From the NCBI RefSeq assembly GCF_009914755.1, contig NC_060939.1: a stretch of 64,000 bases of DNA. One strand, given 5' to 3'. This document shows, piece after piece, positions 63,321 through 64,000 of this stretch. A model generated the notes under the pieces. The model did not search any database. It was not told the origin of the DNA and was given only the letters and a program-made list of their open reading frames with translations. This DNA is from the human T2T-CHM13v2.0 reference genome, Homo sapiens. The position numbers and the translations under genes are program-made. How positions within the stretch are numbered: the stretch's first letter is position 1; each line of letters starts with the position of its first letter.

Positions 63321-64000
63321 ACATGTTCACATGCAGTTTTGCAATGCAACTGATTCAGCTCAGCCATATCAGCATTTAAAATCCCTGTGTCCTACCTCAC
63401 CCAACTCCCATCCCACCCCTGGTTCTCACCCTAGGGGTGAGAGTTGACCAGGGGATGCAGTTTGGGGATGGAGTGAAGATGTCTGGCTTGTACGTTTCTA
63501 ATTTTAAAATAGCTGAGAGTATATGGTTTGGTTTTTAAGTGCATCCAAATGTCTCACTGTGGAAAAGACTGCACCAGAATCTCCTGTTCTCTACCTGTCC
63601 CGCAGTAGGTGCTCCACATGCTTGTTGAATCAGTGATTGAATCAATGAATGAATGACTCTCCCACAGCTCCTTGCAGCTTCTTCCCTCCTTAGTTCACTC
63701 TGCGATAACCAGCCTGACTCCCTGCAACACCTCCCACTACGCTTCTCCCCACTGCTAGACCCACCAAGCCCCTTCTGTTCTCTCAGCCCCTCCCCACCTT
63801 GGAGCTACAGCAAAGGGAAGGGAAATATCAGGAGCCCATGGCAGCCCTCCTATGCGCAGTGACTCAGTGACAGACATCTTGCCAAATAGCCTACTCTGTT
63901 CCTTGCCTCTCTGGGTGGCTTTTGCCTTGCTCCTGAGACCATGGCCTATCCTTCCTCCAGGTCTCAGAAGGAACTATACTTCCAGTTCTCCACTTTCTCC

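Overview
Mammalian (human-type) genomic DNA covering the 5' end of NTRK3 (TrkC, neurotrophin-3 receptor) on the minus strand. The only supportable protein-coding sequence is the first coding exon (16513-16760, minus; signal peptide and N-terminal Cys cluster). Two upstream 5'UTR exons (~17251-17340 and 16891-17093) lie in a ~3 kb CpG island. Bases 1-16512 are the start of the following large intron; bases above ~17400 are upstream/intergenic DNA with Alu, L1, L2, MIR, MER and MLT1 remnants and simple repeats. The other ORFs in the track look like noise from GC-rich, repeat or low-complexity DNA. I see no convincing new multi-gene system. Best leads: (i) a 5'UTR with two strong-Kozak uORFs flanking a (GGC)8 tract plus a probable GC-AG intron; (ii) a ~280 bp mosaic at 32783-33063 built from two neighbouring segments and bounded by perfect 21 bp inverted repeats, with other short local duplications; (iii) a ~445 bp purine-rich microsatellite with (GGAA)11 and (GGAA)14; (iv) a near-consensus intronic CTCF site and a POU4F-like site in a TAAT-rich cluster. 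Repeat boundaries and subfamilies were called by eye and are approximate.
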